A stretch of 63,359 nt of DNA, filler included, from Rhabdomonas costata (taxonomy: Eukaryota): NCBI GenBank assembly GCA_019059605.1. It is 49 parts of 49 records of this genome, joined end to end, with 100 filler letters (N's around TTAATTAATTAA, not from the genome) between each part and the next. Parts side by side here need not be neighbours in the genome. Positions count along the whole stretch, not along the records: positions 1 to 1,197 come from JAHMHO010024050.1; positions 1,298 to 2,492 come from JAHMHO010024051.1; positions 2,593 to 3,788 come from JAHMHO010024052.1; positions 3,889 to 5,078 come from JAHMHO010024053.1; positions 5,179 to 6,374 come from JAHMHO010024054.1; positions 6,475 to 7,670 come from JAHMHO010024055.1; positions 7,771 to 8,966 come from JAHMHO010024056.1; positions 9,067 to 10,262 come from JAHMHO010024057.1; 41 more parts are not named here. One strand, written 5' to 3'. A program made the translations under genes and the position numbers. This document shows, piece after piece, positions 1 through 11,551 of this stretch. Below the pieces are notes generated by a model. That model searched no databases, had not been told where the DNA came from, and saw only the letters and a program-made list of their open reading frames with translations. Each line of letters starts with the position of its first letter. Within the stretch, counting starts at the first letter, position 1.

Positions 1-55
1 GGAAGTCGTAAGAGCCACGTAATTTGTCCGAGCCCGCTGTTCCGTCTGACATGTG
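1..55 (+). repeat. 3' tail of dispersed structured repeat (module B)
   Basis: AAGAGCCACGTAATTTGTCCGAGCCCGCTGTTCCGTCTGACATGTG aligns with AAGAGCCACGTAATTGGTCCTCGCCCGCTGTGCCGTCTGACACGTG within 25345-25399. Confidence 0.85.
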
Positions 56-82
56 GTAGAAGAGGAAGAGTTAAGGTTACTC

Positions 83-289
83 TGAGAAGAGGTACCACGT
101 ATCACTTCGTGACACGTTGTAGCAGAGGTTTGTTTCCTTCACCAGTGCGAGTGAACGCAGCGAAGTACCACCTGCACTTCGTGACAGGTGGTAGCAGAAA
201 ACAGCAACAACAACTTGTGCGACAGAGAGATTTCAGCACTTGAGAAGAGGTGTCAATTGGCACTTCGTGACAGTTGGTAACAGAGGTTT
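83..289. repeat. Three spaced hairpin repeats with core CACTTCGTGACA
   Basis: Core at 103, 175 and 261, each flanked by a differing but self-complementary stem and followed by GTARCAGA. Confidence 0.8.
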
Positions 290-751
290 CAATTGGAAAT
301 GGATGAGGGTAGTACAGTGGATTGCATGGAGCGAGGTTGGAGAGGAGAGTTTTTTCTGAGTTTGTTTTCAGCAGGATTCGAAGGAGAACGACGGCAGGCC
401 AGAGAGACGAAGAAGCCCATGAAGAACAAGTCCTCCGGCAAGCAAGAAAAATCAACAAGAAGCAGAGGAGGAGCGAGGAAGGAAAACCCGACCGACGAAA
501 AAGGAGTGAGCGCAAGGATCCAAGAGGTTGCCCCTTTTCCTTATATTACGGAAGTGCAGGTGGATTTGGTGTTTTTCTGCAGGGTTTTGGGACAATCTGT
601 GTGGACGTTTTGGGTGGGATTGTGGTGGTGCCGCCGCTCTCTTCGGAAAGCCAAAGAGGAAGGATGTAAGAGGACATTTTGGATGTAGAGTAGCATTGGA
701 ATTGCTACTGTCCCGCAGGCGGCCCATTTCACTCCAAGTCCCACCTCCGAG

Positions 752-1197
752 TTTGGCGAAGCGAGGCGGTGACGCAGAAGACCCCCCGCCCCGAAGAATT
801 GGTCCCAGCAAGCGGCGGAGTCCGCAGGAGAAGTGTGAAGCGCAGGTGCGCGAGCAAGTGAGGTTGTTAAGGGGAAGGCGGTTTAGTCCTATTCGGAGTG
901 AATCGTGTCGAAGCGAAGGCGGTCAAGTCCCCTTCGAGGTGAGGCGAGGCAAGTCGGTTGGGGAGTTTTTTTTGCGGAGGAAATGTGGTTAAGTCCCCTT
1001 CGGAGGAGTTTGAGAAGCGACCGAGATGGGGTGACGGAGTGGCAGGTTGCTACCGAGAGTCGTCGACCAAGAGTCCACAGGCTTGGGCAGCTGCGAGGAG
1101 TGGTTGCGGCCAGGCTCTACCAGGCCCTCGGCGAAACCGAGGCCAACACGGTGGAAAGAACGTCTCCTCACCTATGTGAGTTGACATCGCTCACAAA
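752..1197 (+). repeat. Dispersed structured repeat (module B), truncated by contig end
   Basis: Colinear, high similarity to 24819-25288, from TTTGGCGAAGCGAGGCGGTGA to CGCTCACAAA. Confidence 0.9.
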
Positions 1198-1297
1198 NNN
1201 NNNNNNNNNNNNNNNNNNNNNNNNNNNNNNNNNNNNNNNNNTTAATTAATTAANNNNNNNNNNNNNNNNNNNNNNNNNNNNNNNNNNNNNNNNNNNN
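1198..1297. other. Artificial contig spacer (first of 48 copies, about every 1.29 kb; last at 62066-62165)
   Basis: 44 N + TTAATTAATTAA (stops in all six frames) + 44 N, repeated identically between contigs of near-identical length. Confidence 0.99.
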
Positions 1298-1335
1298 TGT
1301 TTTGGGGCAGTTGATGCCGGGCGGGAGAGAACGGC

Positions 1336-1485
1336 ATGAAATACGCTGCGTATGACAACTACAAGCCAAGTGGTATCGATTGGCTACCACAAGCCCCTAC
1401 ACATTGGGAAATAAAAGGATTGCGGCATGTTTGTCGATTCGCGTATGGGGATGCGCTGGCAGCTGAGAATCGAGAGGAGGGCAAC
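1336..1485 (+). CDS. hsdS: Bacterial type I restriction-modification specificity subunit, N-terminal fragment (about 50 aa), joined to unrelated DNA
   Basis: MKYAAYDNYKPSGIDWLPQAPTHWEIKGLRHVCRFAYGDAL matches the HsdS N-terminal pattern YxxYKxSGxxWLxxxPxHWExxxL; GGGAGA RBS-like motif upstream; similarity stops near 1485. Confidence 0.8.
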
Positions 1486-3901
1486 ACTCGGCGGTCACAG
1501 ACCCCCAAAAAATTCCATTCCCCCACATGCGCGCACACACACACACACAAGGTCAGAAATATTGAAATGAAAGTGGAGGAGAGGTGGGGTGGTGTATCAC
1601 AGCCAAGTAGACAGAGCGGGTGGCCTACGGCAGCCAAAAAAATCAGTGGCCCCACCGAAAGCAACACGTAGAAAGCACTGGATTTGCTGGTCCTGCAGCG
1701 GTGCGGCCCTTGTGCTGCTCTGCTCTGCAGTATTTTGGGAAAGCAGCTGAGATGCACACCCAGGCCCGACCAGCAAAACCGAAAAAAAAATGTAATCCCA
1801 CCACGCCCCACTGCGGACGGATACCCTATGAAACCAAAGAAAACATGATCTCGTTTTTCGAGACCTCGGTTCCCTTTATAGGCTGCTATCAAGCAGCTGA
1901 CTTTCCTCACCAATGCCCCTAAAGAAGCAGAAGCGCCGAAAAGATTTTCCTTTTCTTCGACTTCGTGATCTTCTCGATCGGCAAAAAAAAACATCGGCTG
2001 CGACGCTGCAACAAAGCATTGGAAACTAACTTCGCTTTCGAATTTTGGGGGAGGGAAGAACAGAACCCCTAACACGCTAAATACACACAACCAACGGTGA
2101 ACTTTTACTGAAATCCGCTTTGTCACTGGGGTCCCAACCCTCGAAGGAGAATGGTCCACGGGGCTAGGCCCCTTCACTTGTTACTCCCATATCACACACG
2201 GTTGGCCATCCCGATGTGGCCCACGATCTCGGGCCATACCGCCCTTATGGGCCGAATCCCATTCCGGGCTTGAACTCGCTAACCTGATGGTCAGGCAACA
2301 GTTGTCTTGTTCTGTGCCAATTAACCTCAACTCTCCACTCCCTCTCTGGCCTCTCGCTTCTCACTGTCATTCTTTCCTTCTCCGCAGTAAACATGCTGCT
2401 GCAGATTGGCCCCCGACTTTCCGCTGCCACTTCTCAGGGCTCCTTTCCTCTTTCTTTCCTTTTACTTTCTTCTTCTCCCATTACACACCACANNNNNNNN
2501 NNNNNNNNNNNNNNNNNNNNNNNNNNNNNNNNNNNNTTAATTAATTAANNNNNNNNNNNNNNNNNNNNNNNNNNNNNNNNNNNNNNNNNNNNTGGTTTGT
2601 GGGAGCACGCGCTGATGTCCAAGGGGTTGCCCGCCAGGGAGCCACACCCAGGGCTGACTGCCGGGGAGAAGGCCTCCGAGGAAGAGTGCATTTTCTTTTT
2701 CACAGGGGAAAGAACGGTTCGCGGGGGAAAAATATGATGAAGCACAGTGAAAAGAAAAAGTACTTCACACGGGAGAAGCAAGAATTCAGCAAAAAGCAGG
2801 CACCTATCACCTATGCTGAACACCACAAAAAGAAGCAGAGGGTACTGCCTGTCCCCATCCAAGCCTCAGGCGCTGGTACGCGTGTGTGGCCTTGAGCTGA
2901 GATGTGCATTGTAGCGCATTCGGTGGTGCACGCCTTACCTGGAGAGAGCCCTTAACCCACCAGATCTCATCCGGGGAGCATGTAACACTGAAAATCCTCT
3001 GAGAAGGCCATATATTGGCTGGGTGCAGGTTCGGCCAAGGATGCACCGAGAACATGCATCGAGAAGAGTGGGTCTGAATTGAACCCCGAAAAAGTCAGAG
3101 CGTACTTCCTACCACCCTTCTATACTAAATGCAGCGGTGAAAACTTTGGAAGCCAATTGGCGCGCGCACGCACACACACACACGACATCGTCACATTAAA
3201 TCTGGGTTAAAGGCTTGCCACTACCCAACAGAAAGAACACACACCCCATTCGAATTTGAAGCCTTCATCCGCCGGGAATCGAATCTTGACCTGTCTGGAC
3301 AAAAAGCGGTCAGGAGCGAGACAGGTGTGCATCAAGAAGGAATCCATGATTATCGCTGCAATCACTAGCACCCTCTCTAGACACACCACAAGAAACCACG
3401 TGAATACCTTTCCGCAAAGTTACCCAATGGAGCACGACATGACCAGCATTCAGGTTTGGGAGCTGTCTGGAAAGCACGGCACACTGACGGCGCTCTCCTG
3501 TAGGTGTTAAGCATTTCGGATTTTCTGTCAATGACCAAAAACCATGAACAGCAGCCTGTGCCCGCTGGGAACCAATTGGGAAAGAAAGACCTCCAGTCCC
3601 AAAAAAAAAACTTTCCGTCATCAAGTTAAATTTGCTTCAAAACAAACGGCACAACAAGGAATGGTTCGGAAGTAGGTATCTGAAGCACGACCCAAAAGTT
3701 GAGCCACGCCAGCTTCAAAACGACCGTACTCACATCACATCCCGAATTTTAAAAGTTCCGGTCCACGGGACACAGCCATACAAAAAAANNNNNNNNNNNN
3801 NNNNNNNNNNNNNNNNNNNNNNNNNNNNNNNNTTAATTAATTAANNNNNNNNNNNNNNNNNNNNNNNNNNNNNNNNNNNNNNNNNNNNGTTGTTGTGTGT
3901 T

Positions 3902-4039
3902 GGTGGACAGACGTGCCAGCCCCCACCTCCCATCCGAGACTTGGTTACTGCGGGCTACGTCTTCCCCAAGCTCCGCGGGTCTCAGCCATAACAAGCGCTA
4001 GCATCGGAAGGGAGGTGGGGGCTGGCACGTCTGTCCACC
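3902..4039. repeat. Perfect 30-bp inverted repeat at contig start (probable amplification fold-back)
   Basis: 3902-3931 is the reverse complement of 4010-4039; lies directly after a G/T-only terminal tract. Confidence 0.85.
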
Positions 4040-5178
4040 TCAAACCCAAACCCCCATTCCATTGCTCTGTGTTTCCGTGTTGGGTTTCTGCGTTTGTGCG
4101 GATGTGTGCCACTGATAAACGGGTTGAAAGACCGGTGAACGGGAGCTGTTGGGGTCTGGTCCTCCAGTTCGCTCTCCCTTGTGTCCCACCCGCTGCTCTG
4201 AGAAAACTATTCACTGCAGCCCCGCAGCCCTCCCCCCAAAAGCAAACTGACTGAGGCACCAGCGCGGTCATTTTTTCCACGGAGGGTCTTGCTCCCACAC
4301 GCTTACATTACGTTGTAACCTCTCCTCCGCCCGTAGAGTTGCAAGTGAGGCACCGGCAGCGGTGGCTTTGAGATGGTGACGATGCATGTCTCAACTGGAC
4401 TGCGCTTGTACGGTGTATTTTTGGCTACCGCTCGAATCAAATGATTTGGGGTTCGTTGGTAGCTTCCTTCCAGCCGGCGTCCGCGCATGCAAGCAGATGC
4501 GCAACAAACGCATTGGGAGTCGTCTTCGTTCCTGGCCGAAGCTTGCCGTCGAAACGGCGTCTTGGGCGTTGTTTGCGATGCGTCTCAGTTCGGTAAGCTA
4601 TGCTTTGGTTCGCCTGCTTGGTTCTTTTGCATGGAATTGTCAATGATGATGTTCAGTTTACGCCGTCATTATGAAACGCTGAGTTGCCTGGGAGTGAGTA
4701 ATCCACACGCGAACCTCAATGGTCATTTTTATTGGGCGTATGCCTCGGCTCAGTCCAGCGCCCGTCCTTCCGCTCGCACACGCTCAACACTCAGGCCCAG
4801 CCTTCTCATTTTTACGTGCACCCCACTGCTCTGCTTTTCCGTTGCTAACCTGTTCAACGTTGTTAGTCGTTTAGCGTTGTTAATTTAACTTTATTTAACG
4901 ATAATGTTCAATACTATGTTGGTAGGATCGGAAGCCAGAAACTCCCTTCATGTGTTGCTTTTGGGGCGCTGACAATAAAAACTCCACCAGTCACCCAGAC
5001 AACATTCCCGCCTCAGCCGCCCGCGGGCTGCGCCGCGTCGTGGGCTCGCTTTTGTACTTGCCTTAGCCACAAAAACACNNNNNNNNNNNNNNNNNNNNNN
5101 NNNNNNNNNNNNNNNNNNNNNNTTAATTAATTAANNNNNNNNNNNNNNNNNNNNNNNNNNNNNNNNNNNNNNNNNNNN

Positions 5179-5586
5179 GGTGTTTGTGGTAATCGGGTGG
5201 CTCCTCTCTTTGCACCCGAATGCGGGTGTGAATGCGGGTATGGGTGCGGCGATCGCCCCGATGATAGCGATGTGGTGCTTCGGTTGCTTGATTTTCGCTC
5301 TGGTATCCTCCCACTGCTGGGGCTTTATATGTCACGATGAGCGTCACCCGGTCCTCTTGGCAGCCAACCGCACCTGGACAGAGTGGAGCTGCTCTCAGCA
5401 GAGGTGGCTGCTGGGCTACCCCACCATGAAGTGTGCCCTTGTGGAACAGGGTGCAGCGTGCGTGTGCAATCGCCTGGAGTTTGGCCGAGCCTACATTGTG
5501 ATGCCTATCCTGGCGTTGGTCGCGCCGTGCTTGGTGGCTTGCCTCTGTGGTTGTGTGGAGAGCTGTAGAGGTGGGCCTGCCTCCGG
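5179..5586 (+). CDS. Exon of unknown Cys-rich membrane protein
   Basis: Open frame with three hydrophobic segments, ending at a GTATGT donor. Confidence 0.45.
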
Positions 5587-6869
5587 GTATGTATCTGCCA
5601 CCGCTCTGACTCTGCATTCCTTTAACCCTAACGTTGCCCCCCACCTCACCACTCCTCGTGTTGGCATTAGAGTGATCCTTGCGTTGTCAGGGGGCGGTTC
5701 TGATCGTGGATACTATACAGACATTAGAATAGGAGAAAGAAATTCTCCTGCACTGTGTGTCCGTATGGGCGTTGGTTGCTCAGAACTGAGTCGTATGTGC
5801 GTCATAAACGAGTTCACGGCGACATGTTAATAACCATCTTTCGGACTGTGCAGATGCATTTGTGGAAACCGCTTACCGAAGGGGCGGGGGTGCTAAATTG
5901 CCCGTCCTCGTCGCACCAACTTTTTCCTCGGTCTTGAAAGTCGTTGCAATCGGGGGATCAAGCAGAAGAAGAAGCAAAAGTTAGAAGGAAAGGTAATTTT
6001 GAAATGGAACTGTTGGCCTTTCGCTGTGATTTTTGTGACTTGTATGTGGGCGTCCGTGTCAGAATCCTCTCTTTTTATCAGAGCTGTCACTGGAACCGCC
6101 CTTCCCAAAAACCTGCATGACCCGGAGCTTATTCACAACGGAGCGGCCGGGCGTACTCTCTGCTCGCTGCTGAAGCCACTTAGGATGCTTCATTGTTTCT
6201 GTGGTGCTGTTTCTGTGGTGCTCACCAAACTTCTGCACGGTTGTTTCGCTGTGGCTTCATTGCCCATCCAGCCAGACTTCTCGATTCATGTCCCCTTCAC
6301 CGCCTTTGCTTCCCTGGTTTTGCTAGTGGCTCAAATAAACGTTTTTTTTGTTCCTTCAGAGGTTACCCACACCCNNNNNNNNNNNNNNNNNNNNNNNNNN
6401 NNNNNNNNNNNNNNNNNNTTAATTAATTAANNNNNNNNNNNNNNNNNNNNNNNNNNNNNNNNNNNNNNNNNNNNTTCCCTTTTTTCCCGGCGGGGGGGGG
6501 GGCAATAGCCGGAGTGTAACCACAGACATTTTGGTCTTGACACCTGTTGCAAGTACGGTGTTCCCTTTTTACTGCGTCCCCATGACCTGCTCTGGTTGGG
6601 ACGATGTGTTTTGCCCCCTCCTGTGTTTTTGGGTTGTTGTGATTTCGTTGCTGTTGTCACCACGGGGAGACACACGTGCGCAACTGCGGTACATATTGGA
6701 TATTTCACAGGTGCTGTTCCATTCGGAAAAAAGTGAAGAAAAAAAGTGACCTGGGTTTCGGGTTCATTTTCGTTTGTTGGGGCGAACTGGAAGCTGCGGT
6801 TTCTCTTTCACTCCGGTGTCTGTTTGTATTGCCTCTATTTGCGCATCGGACTAAATTGCCCACACGCAG

Positions 6870-7156
6870 CTATGCTGAGGCGCACAAAATGAAACTGAAG
6901 GCTGACAAGCTTGAATCCCAGGAGCTGGATCGGATCAACCGCGAAAAGGCGGAGAAATACTCCAAAAGAGAAGCCCAGGTTTTTCTCTTGTTGTCGCCCG
7001 TTGAGTATGCGCACGTTTTTTTAAGTTTGAGTTGAAAATTCGTCGTTTGTTTGTTCAGATGCTCTCCCGGCATCGGGGTGAGCTGATGGCTATGCGAAAG
7101 CGGATGGAGCGGGGAAAAGAAGAACTCGAGAGGGCACGAAAGCGGGAATTGGAAAT
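6870..7156 (+). CDS. Two exons (6870-6978, 7059-7156) of a coiled-coil protein
   Basis: An 80-nt GT-AG intron joins YAEAHKMKLKADKLESQELDRINREKAEKYSKREAQ to MLSRHRGELMAMRKRMERGKEELERARKRELE in frame. Confidence 0.7.
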
Positions 7157-8204
7157 GTATGAGTGTGAGAGGCATTTTTTTCATCCCAGAATCCAGAAAG
7201 CTTCAGTCAGTATTTCACAAGTAGGGAGCTCAGCGGTCCCGAAACGAAACGAAACGGTGCTTTGCTTTCTATGGCTGAAAAGGGTTTTAAGGGCAAAAAT
7301 ACACCAAAAACAAGTCAACTGCACCATAAACTGCACGAATCGGCGTAAAAGGCAGGCTTTTCTGTATTCTCTACTACTTGATGCGATAGTGTGGAATGAA
7401 CCTGGTGCCAAGGTGTCAACGTCCACATGGTGATGGATACCAGGCTGTCACGGTAGTGTAAGGTTAGGTGGTCCAGCAGATGCCAGCATGCAACGTGGGA
7501 ATGGTGCAGTATACCGACTCTAACCGATGTGGCATTTCTACCGCTGCATGAACTCGCACCCAGTGTAACCACTCGAGTGATGTAAGGCTACCGCTGCTGA
7601 CGGTACACAAGCTTGATGATGCAAGAGTGCCAATTCCAAACCCAGATGTTGGCAAGATACCCCCCAACCCNNNNNNNNNNNNNNNNNNNNNNNNNNNNNN
7701 NNNNNNNNNNNNNNTTAATTAATTAANNNNNNNNNNNNNNNNNNNNNNNNNNNNNNNNNNNNNNNNNNNNGTGTGGTAAACGAGAGGGCGTTGAAGACCA
7801 TGTTTCTGTTCGAAAGGTGATCACTTTTCCTTGTTGTGGGTAAAGTCACCAATTGAGTCTGCGTGACGTCAACCTTACGCGAATTACTACTTTTTTTATT
7901 GCTACTTTCTAGGCAATTACTTTGGGAATATGGCAATAATGATGTGGTCCTGTGCGCCACCTGGATAGTTGGACTCGTCCCTTCACTCATGTTTCATGAG
8001 TTGATGCACTCATCACATGAACTGGGATGAGGTCCACGTTGCAATCGGAAGTCTCAACTGTTCCATCTGAATTCCAACTCTTACAACTGCCGTAAGCATA
8101 AACACAGAGGTGAAGAAGAAAAGGAAAAGGAAAAGCACTTCCTTTCTGGAGTCGCGCGCAGCCAAATGCACTTAAGACTTGGCGAGTGTGTGTATGGGCT
8201 ACAG

Positions 8205-8700
8205 AGGGCTTTGTTGACGGCGGCGACACCAACACGAACGAATACACTGCAGAGGCAGCCCGCTTGGCAGCTGGAACTCTCATCGACCTTACCCTTGCCG
8301 TTGTTCGAGGTACGTCCTGACCTGGCCAGACAGAAGTTGCAGCAGCACCACAGTGTAAGCAAGCGTGGCGCCAGGAAATCAAAGAAGCACAGAAGAGAGA
8401 AGAGACCAATGACAGGGTGGTAGAACAAATGCTCTTAAATACGTTACTTTCTGTTCGGCACTGAAATGAACTGCTCCTTGTAGAACATCGCTTCTCCTGT
8501 GTCAGGGAGATGGAATGTAACAAGTGTTTTGCAATTTGAATGGAACTTGATCCGGCTTGGGTCGACCCGTTGCAATATCCCCCCCCTCTCCTCTCGTCTC
8601 TGCTTTGATTCTCATAATAGACTCGCTACTTGTTTTTGCTGCTTCTTTCCAGGGCAGAAACGAAATGGATTTGCGCTTCTTCGGCCTCCAGGACACCACG
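8205..8700 (+). CDS. Histone deacetylase family (class II-like), exons 8205-8309 and 8653-8700
   Basis: Spliced product GFVDGGDTNTNEYTAEAARLAAGTLIDLTLAVVRGQKRNGFALLRPPGHH carries the NGFAxxRPPGHH signature; phase-compatible GT-AG intron; missed by the ORF track. Confidence 0.9.
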
Positions 8701-8830
8701 GTGTGGTCTGCTCTTCACATTTCCTTTCCCTTTCTCCAAACTTGTGTGCGCTCTGTTTATCTCTCACACATCGTAAGCCATTTTTCGGTGACCCTCCCGA
8801 TGCCCGCCTTGGGACTGTTTCATTTTTTCA

Positions 8831-8959
8831 TTTTTTCGGCTCCCTCTGAATTTAAAACAGAGGTATTTGAGCGTCTGTGCTGAGGCTCTATTTCCTTGCA
8901 GGATTCTCAGCACAGACGCTCAAATACCTCTGTTTTAAATTCAGAGGGAGCCGAAAAAA
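8831..8959. repeat. Perfect 54-bp inverted repeat at contig end (probable fold-back)
   Basis: 8831-8884 is the reverse complement of 8906-8959. Confidence 0.85.
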
Positions 8960-9359
8960 CAAAAACNNNNNNNNNNNNNNNNNNNNNNNNNNNNNNNNNN
9001 NNNNNNNNNNTTAATTAATTAANNNNNNNNNNNNNNNNNNNNNNNNNNNNNNNNNNNNNNNNNNNNGGACCCAAAAATCTCATGCAAATCCACCTCCAAA
9101 ACCCAAAAAAGTTCCCCGTACTTACACAAAACACGAGGGCCGTTCGCCGCCGAAATGCGCCACACGGCAGCTGCAGCTTGATCGGACGCCGCGGCGCGTA
9201 TCATCGGCATGGCTTCCTCGAAACGGGCGAAAGCATGTCGTTTTCGAGGGAGGGTGAATGTTCCTTTCCACGCAGAGCAGTTTCTCTTTTTTTTTTTCAT
9301 AGAAGCGTTTGGAAAATGTTAGACAGCGGGAAATGCAGGGTTGCCAATGTATGGCGCAT

Positions 9360-9441
9360 GTCATGTCAAAAGTGAGAGTTACCGCCGAAGTGTTAATTCT
9401 GTATAAAAAACTGACCATGAAACCTCAATGGCGAGATGTGA
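9360..9441 (+). repeat. Dispersed repeat, second copy at 49655-49731
   Basis: Shared GTCATGTYAAAAGTGAG...ATAAAAAACTGACCATGRAACCTCAAWGGCGAGATGTGA. Confidence 0.75.
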
Positions 9442-9507
9442 CGAATTGCGCTACTCACTATCAATGCCCATGCACTCTCCTTCTCCGTCGCCGTGTCGCG
9501 GTGGCAG

Positions 9508-10190
9508 GTGACGGAGGAGAAGAAGAGGAAGAAGGGAACTCCCAGCGGCACTGTTTCCTTGACGGGTACCTTGGAGGTGCTCCTCAGTGGGGCACAGGGC
9601 ACAGGTGCGGCCTGTCCTGTTGACCTTTCCTCGGCGGTTCCTCTGAAAAGCTAAATCTTCGTGTGTGTTTTTCCCCTTAAAGAACAGGTGAAATGCGCAC
9701 CGCGTGAGGGTCATGGATCCTTAGAACTCTGCTCTGTAGCTTTGACAAATGGTGCTGAACATGATGCACGCACTTCCAGGCGCATGATGGATTTTCTTCT
9801 TTGACTTACTTCTTTGACTTTGTGGGCTTGGGGGGGGGGGGTTCTGCATTGTCGATCGCCAAACCCACAGTGGCCGGCTTTCTCCCTTCGAAAAGGTCTT
9901 TGGGCCGAAGACTGCCGGGCTTTTATCAAATCAACCCCTGATTGCGGGTGTTCTTTTGTTGAAGAGGCACAGCAGCATCGCATCGGGAGCGCAGAAGCTT
10001 TGGGAGGCAAAGCGTGGTCCCTGCTCCCTGCTCTAATCTCCACCCTGCAGCCACGGAGCCGAGGGATAGCGGGGCCACGCTCCTGGCCGGGCTGGCCACC
10101 CCACCGCTGCTGGGGAGCCTCTACTTCGACTTGATTGCCTTCCGCGAGGCCGACGCCGCGGTGAACCCCCAGGAGCTCAGGCTTACCCAG
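9508..10190 (+). CDS. Two exons (9508-9604, 10051-10190) of an unknown protein
   Basis: Phase-compatible GT-AG splice gives VTEEKKRKKGTPSGTVSLTGTLEVLLSGAQGTATEPRDSGATLLAGLATPPLLGSLYFDLIAFREAD. Confidence 0.5.
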
Positions 10191-10719
10191 GTTCGTGCCG
10201 CCCCCTCTCAGGTCGCTGTGGCTCAGATCTATTCGGAATCCAGGCAGTGTATCCAAAAACCCNNNNNNNNNNNNNNNNNNNNNNNNNNNNNNNNNNNNNN
10301 NNNNNNTTAATTAATTAANNNNNNNNNNNNNNNNNNNNNNNNNNNNNNNNNNNNNNNNNNNNAGGTGGTCGGAAATTCAGACCCCACTAGCATCAAGAAT
10401 TCCGGTGGTCCCTCTGTCCAGCCAATTTTATCGGACAACTTGGGTACTCTGTTTCTATGACGGGAAGTTCAGAGGTCTGACCAAGGTCATCTTGGATGCA
10501 TATGCATCGCTCTCCGACTGCGCTTGGGTGTCTGCAGCAGGTTGAAGAACCGCCTAGAATCTTGGGCCGCGGAGCGCAGGGGGCGGGGGTCCTCATAATG
10601 GACCAGTTCAAATTATTTCTTTCCCTATGTTGCCTAATTCTATCTTCTTGCAATGCGGCGCAATACAATAGATTAGGGAATTTTTGGACTGACTGGCACC
10701 CTCCTGATTTTTTTGGCAG

Positions 10720-11551
10720 ATCCCGATGTGCGTCTTGGACGCAGCGCTCTACGGCGTGATTGTGTACTGGCTATCAGGTATCTTATTACGTTCAAATCAC
10801 TGCTGTCCGGGCTCGGGAGAACTTCAGCAAGAAAGTTTGCACTTTTATCAATGCCGTTGATTTCTATGATGGTCTGAAGCGTGCTAGCCTCCGTCACGCT
10901 TGCTGCAGTGTTGATGTCTGCCCTGTCATCGAGTCGGAGCTTCATTTCCGGGATCCTGCGGTACGAAACCTGCTCCTGTGAAGCTAATTGCTCTGAGATG
11001 GAGTGAAGGGGTGGCATTTCATAGAGTACTGACAGTACTGCCCGAGGCCGGGTTCCCATCCGTGCTGCACTGCAAGAATAAATAATAAACTGGTCAAATA
11101 GCTCATGCACATCTCGGATCTGTGACGACGAAACCTATTTGTAGCTGCAAGAGGAGGAGCCACTGACCGTGCAAAATTGGGCATTGTAAACATTAGAATC
11201 AGAAAGGTTACCGAATGCATGGGAAAAATGGAGTCATGGTTGTTTCGCTCTCCGCCCGCCAGGCCTTGCCCCGTACGCCGGGAATTTCTTCTTCTACGTG
11301 TTGATCCTGTTCCTCAACGAGTTGTGCCTGACCTGCATCTTCCAGGCCATCGCCATTACCGCCCCCAACCTGCCGTTTGCCACGGTATGGTTTTCTCGTT
11401 ACAGCTGGACCTTCAAGCTGAGTGTTGGCTATTCCTCTCGTGACCGCAAGGGAGATCGGTGCTTCTAAATAGCCTCCCGCGGTTGCCCTCTCCACAGGCA
11501 ACCTCGGCGCTCCTGGTGCTAGTTCTGACCATCTTCACGGGGTTCATGACC
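10720..11551 (+). CDS. ABCG/PDR transporter membrane domain, exons 10720-10777, 11263-11384, 11498-~11551
   Basis: Spliced IPMCVLDAALYGVIVYWLSGLAPYAGNFFFYVLILFLNELCLTCIFQAIAITAPNLPFATATSALLVLVLTIFTGFM fits the ABC-2 membrane pattern (IVYWxxGL...FxGF); two GT-AG introns in phase. Confidence 0.9.

Noticed and set aside
83-289. CRISPR array
   Set aside because: Only three degenerate units, uneven spacing, variable stems, no cas genes and a eukaryotic context
1242-1253. Periodic TTAATTAATTAA as a biological repeat or piggyBac target
   Set aside because: Always centred in 44+44 N; a synthetic six-frame stop linker
1298-2492. Complete restriction-modification or defence system
   Set aside because: Only about 50 codons of hsdS, no recognisable hsdR or hsdM, and neighbouring contigs are unlinked
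8831-8959. Terminal inverted repeats (also 3902-4039, 12778-12848, 41224-41342) as MITEs, pre-miRNAs or structured nonconventional introns
   Set aside because: All are perfect, unrelated to each other and directly next to contig ends with primer-like tracts, which is typical of fold-back artefacts
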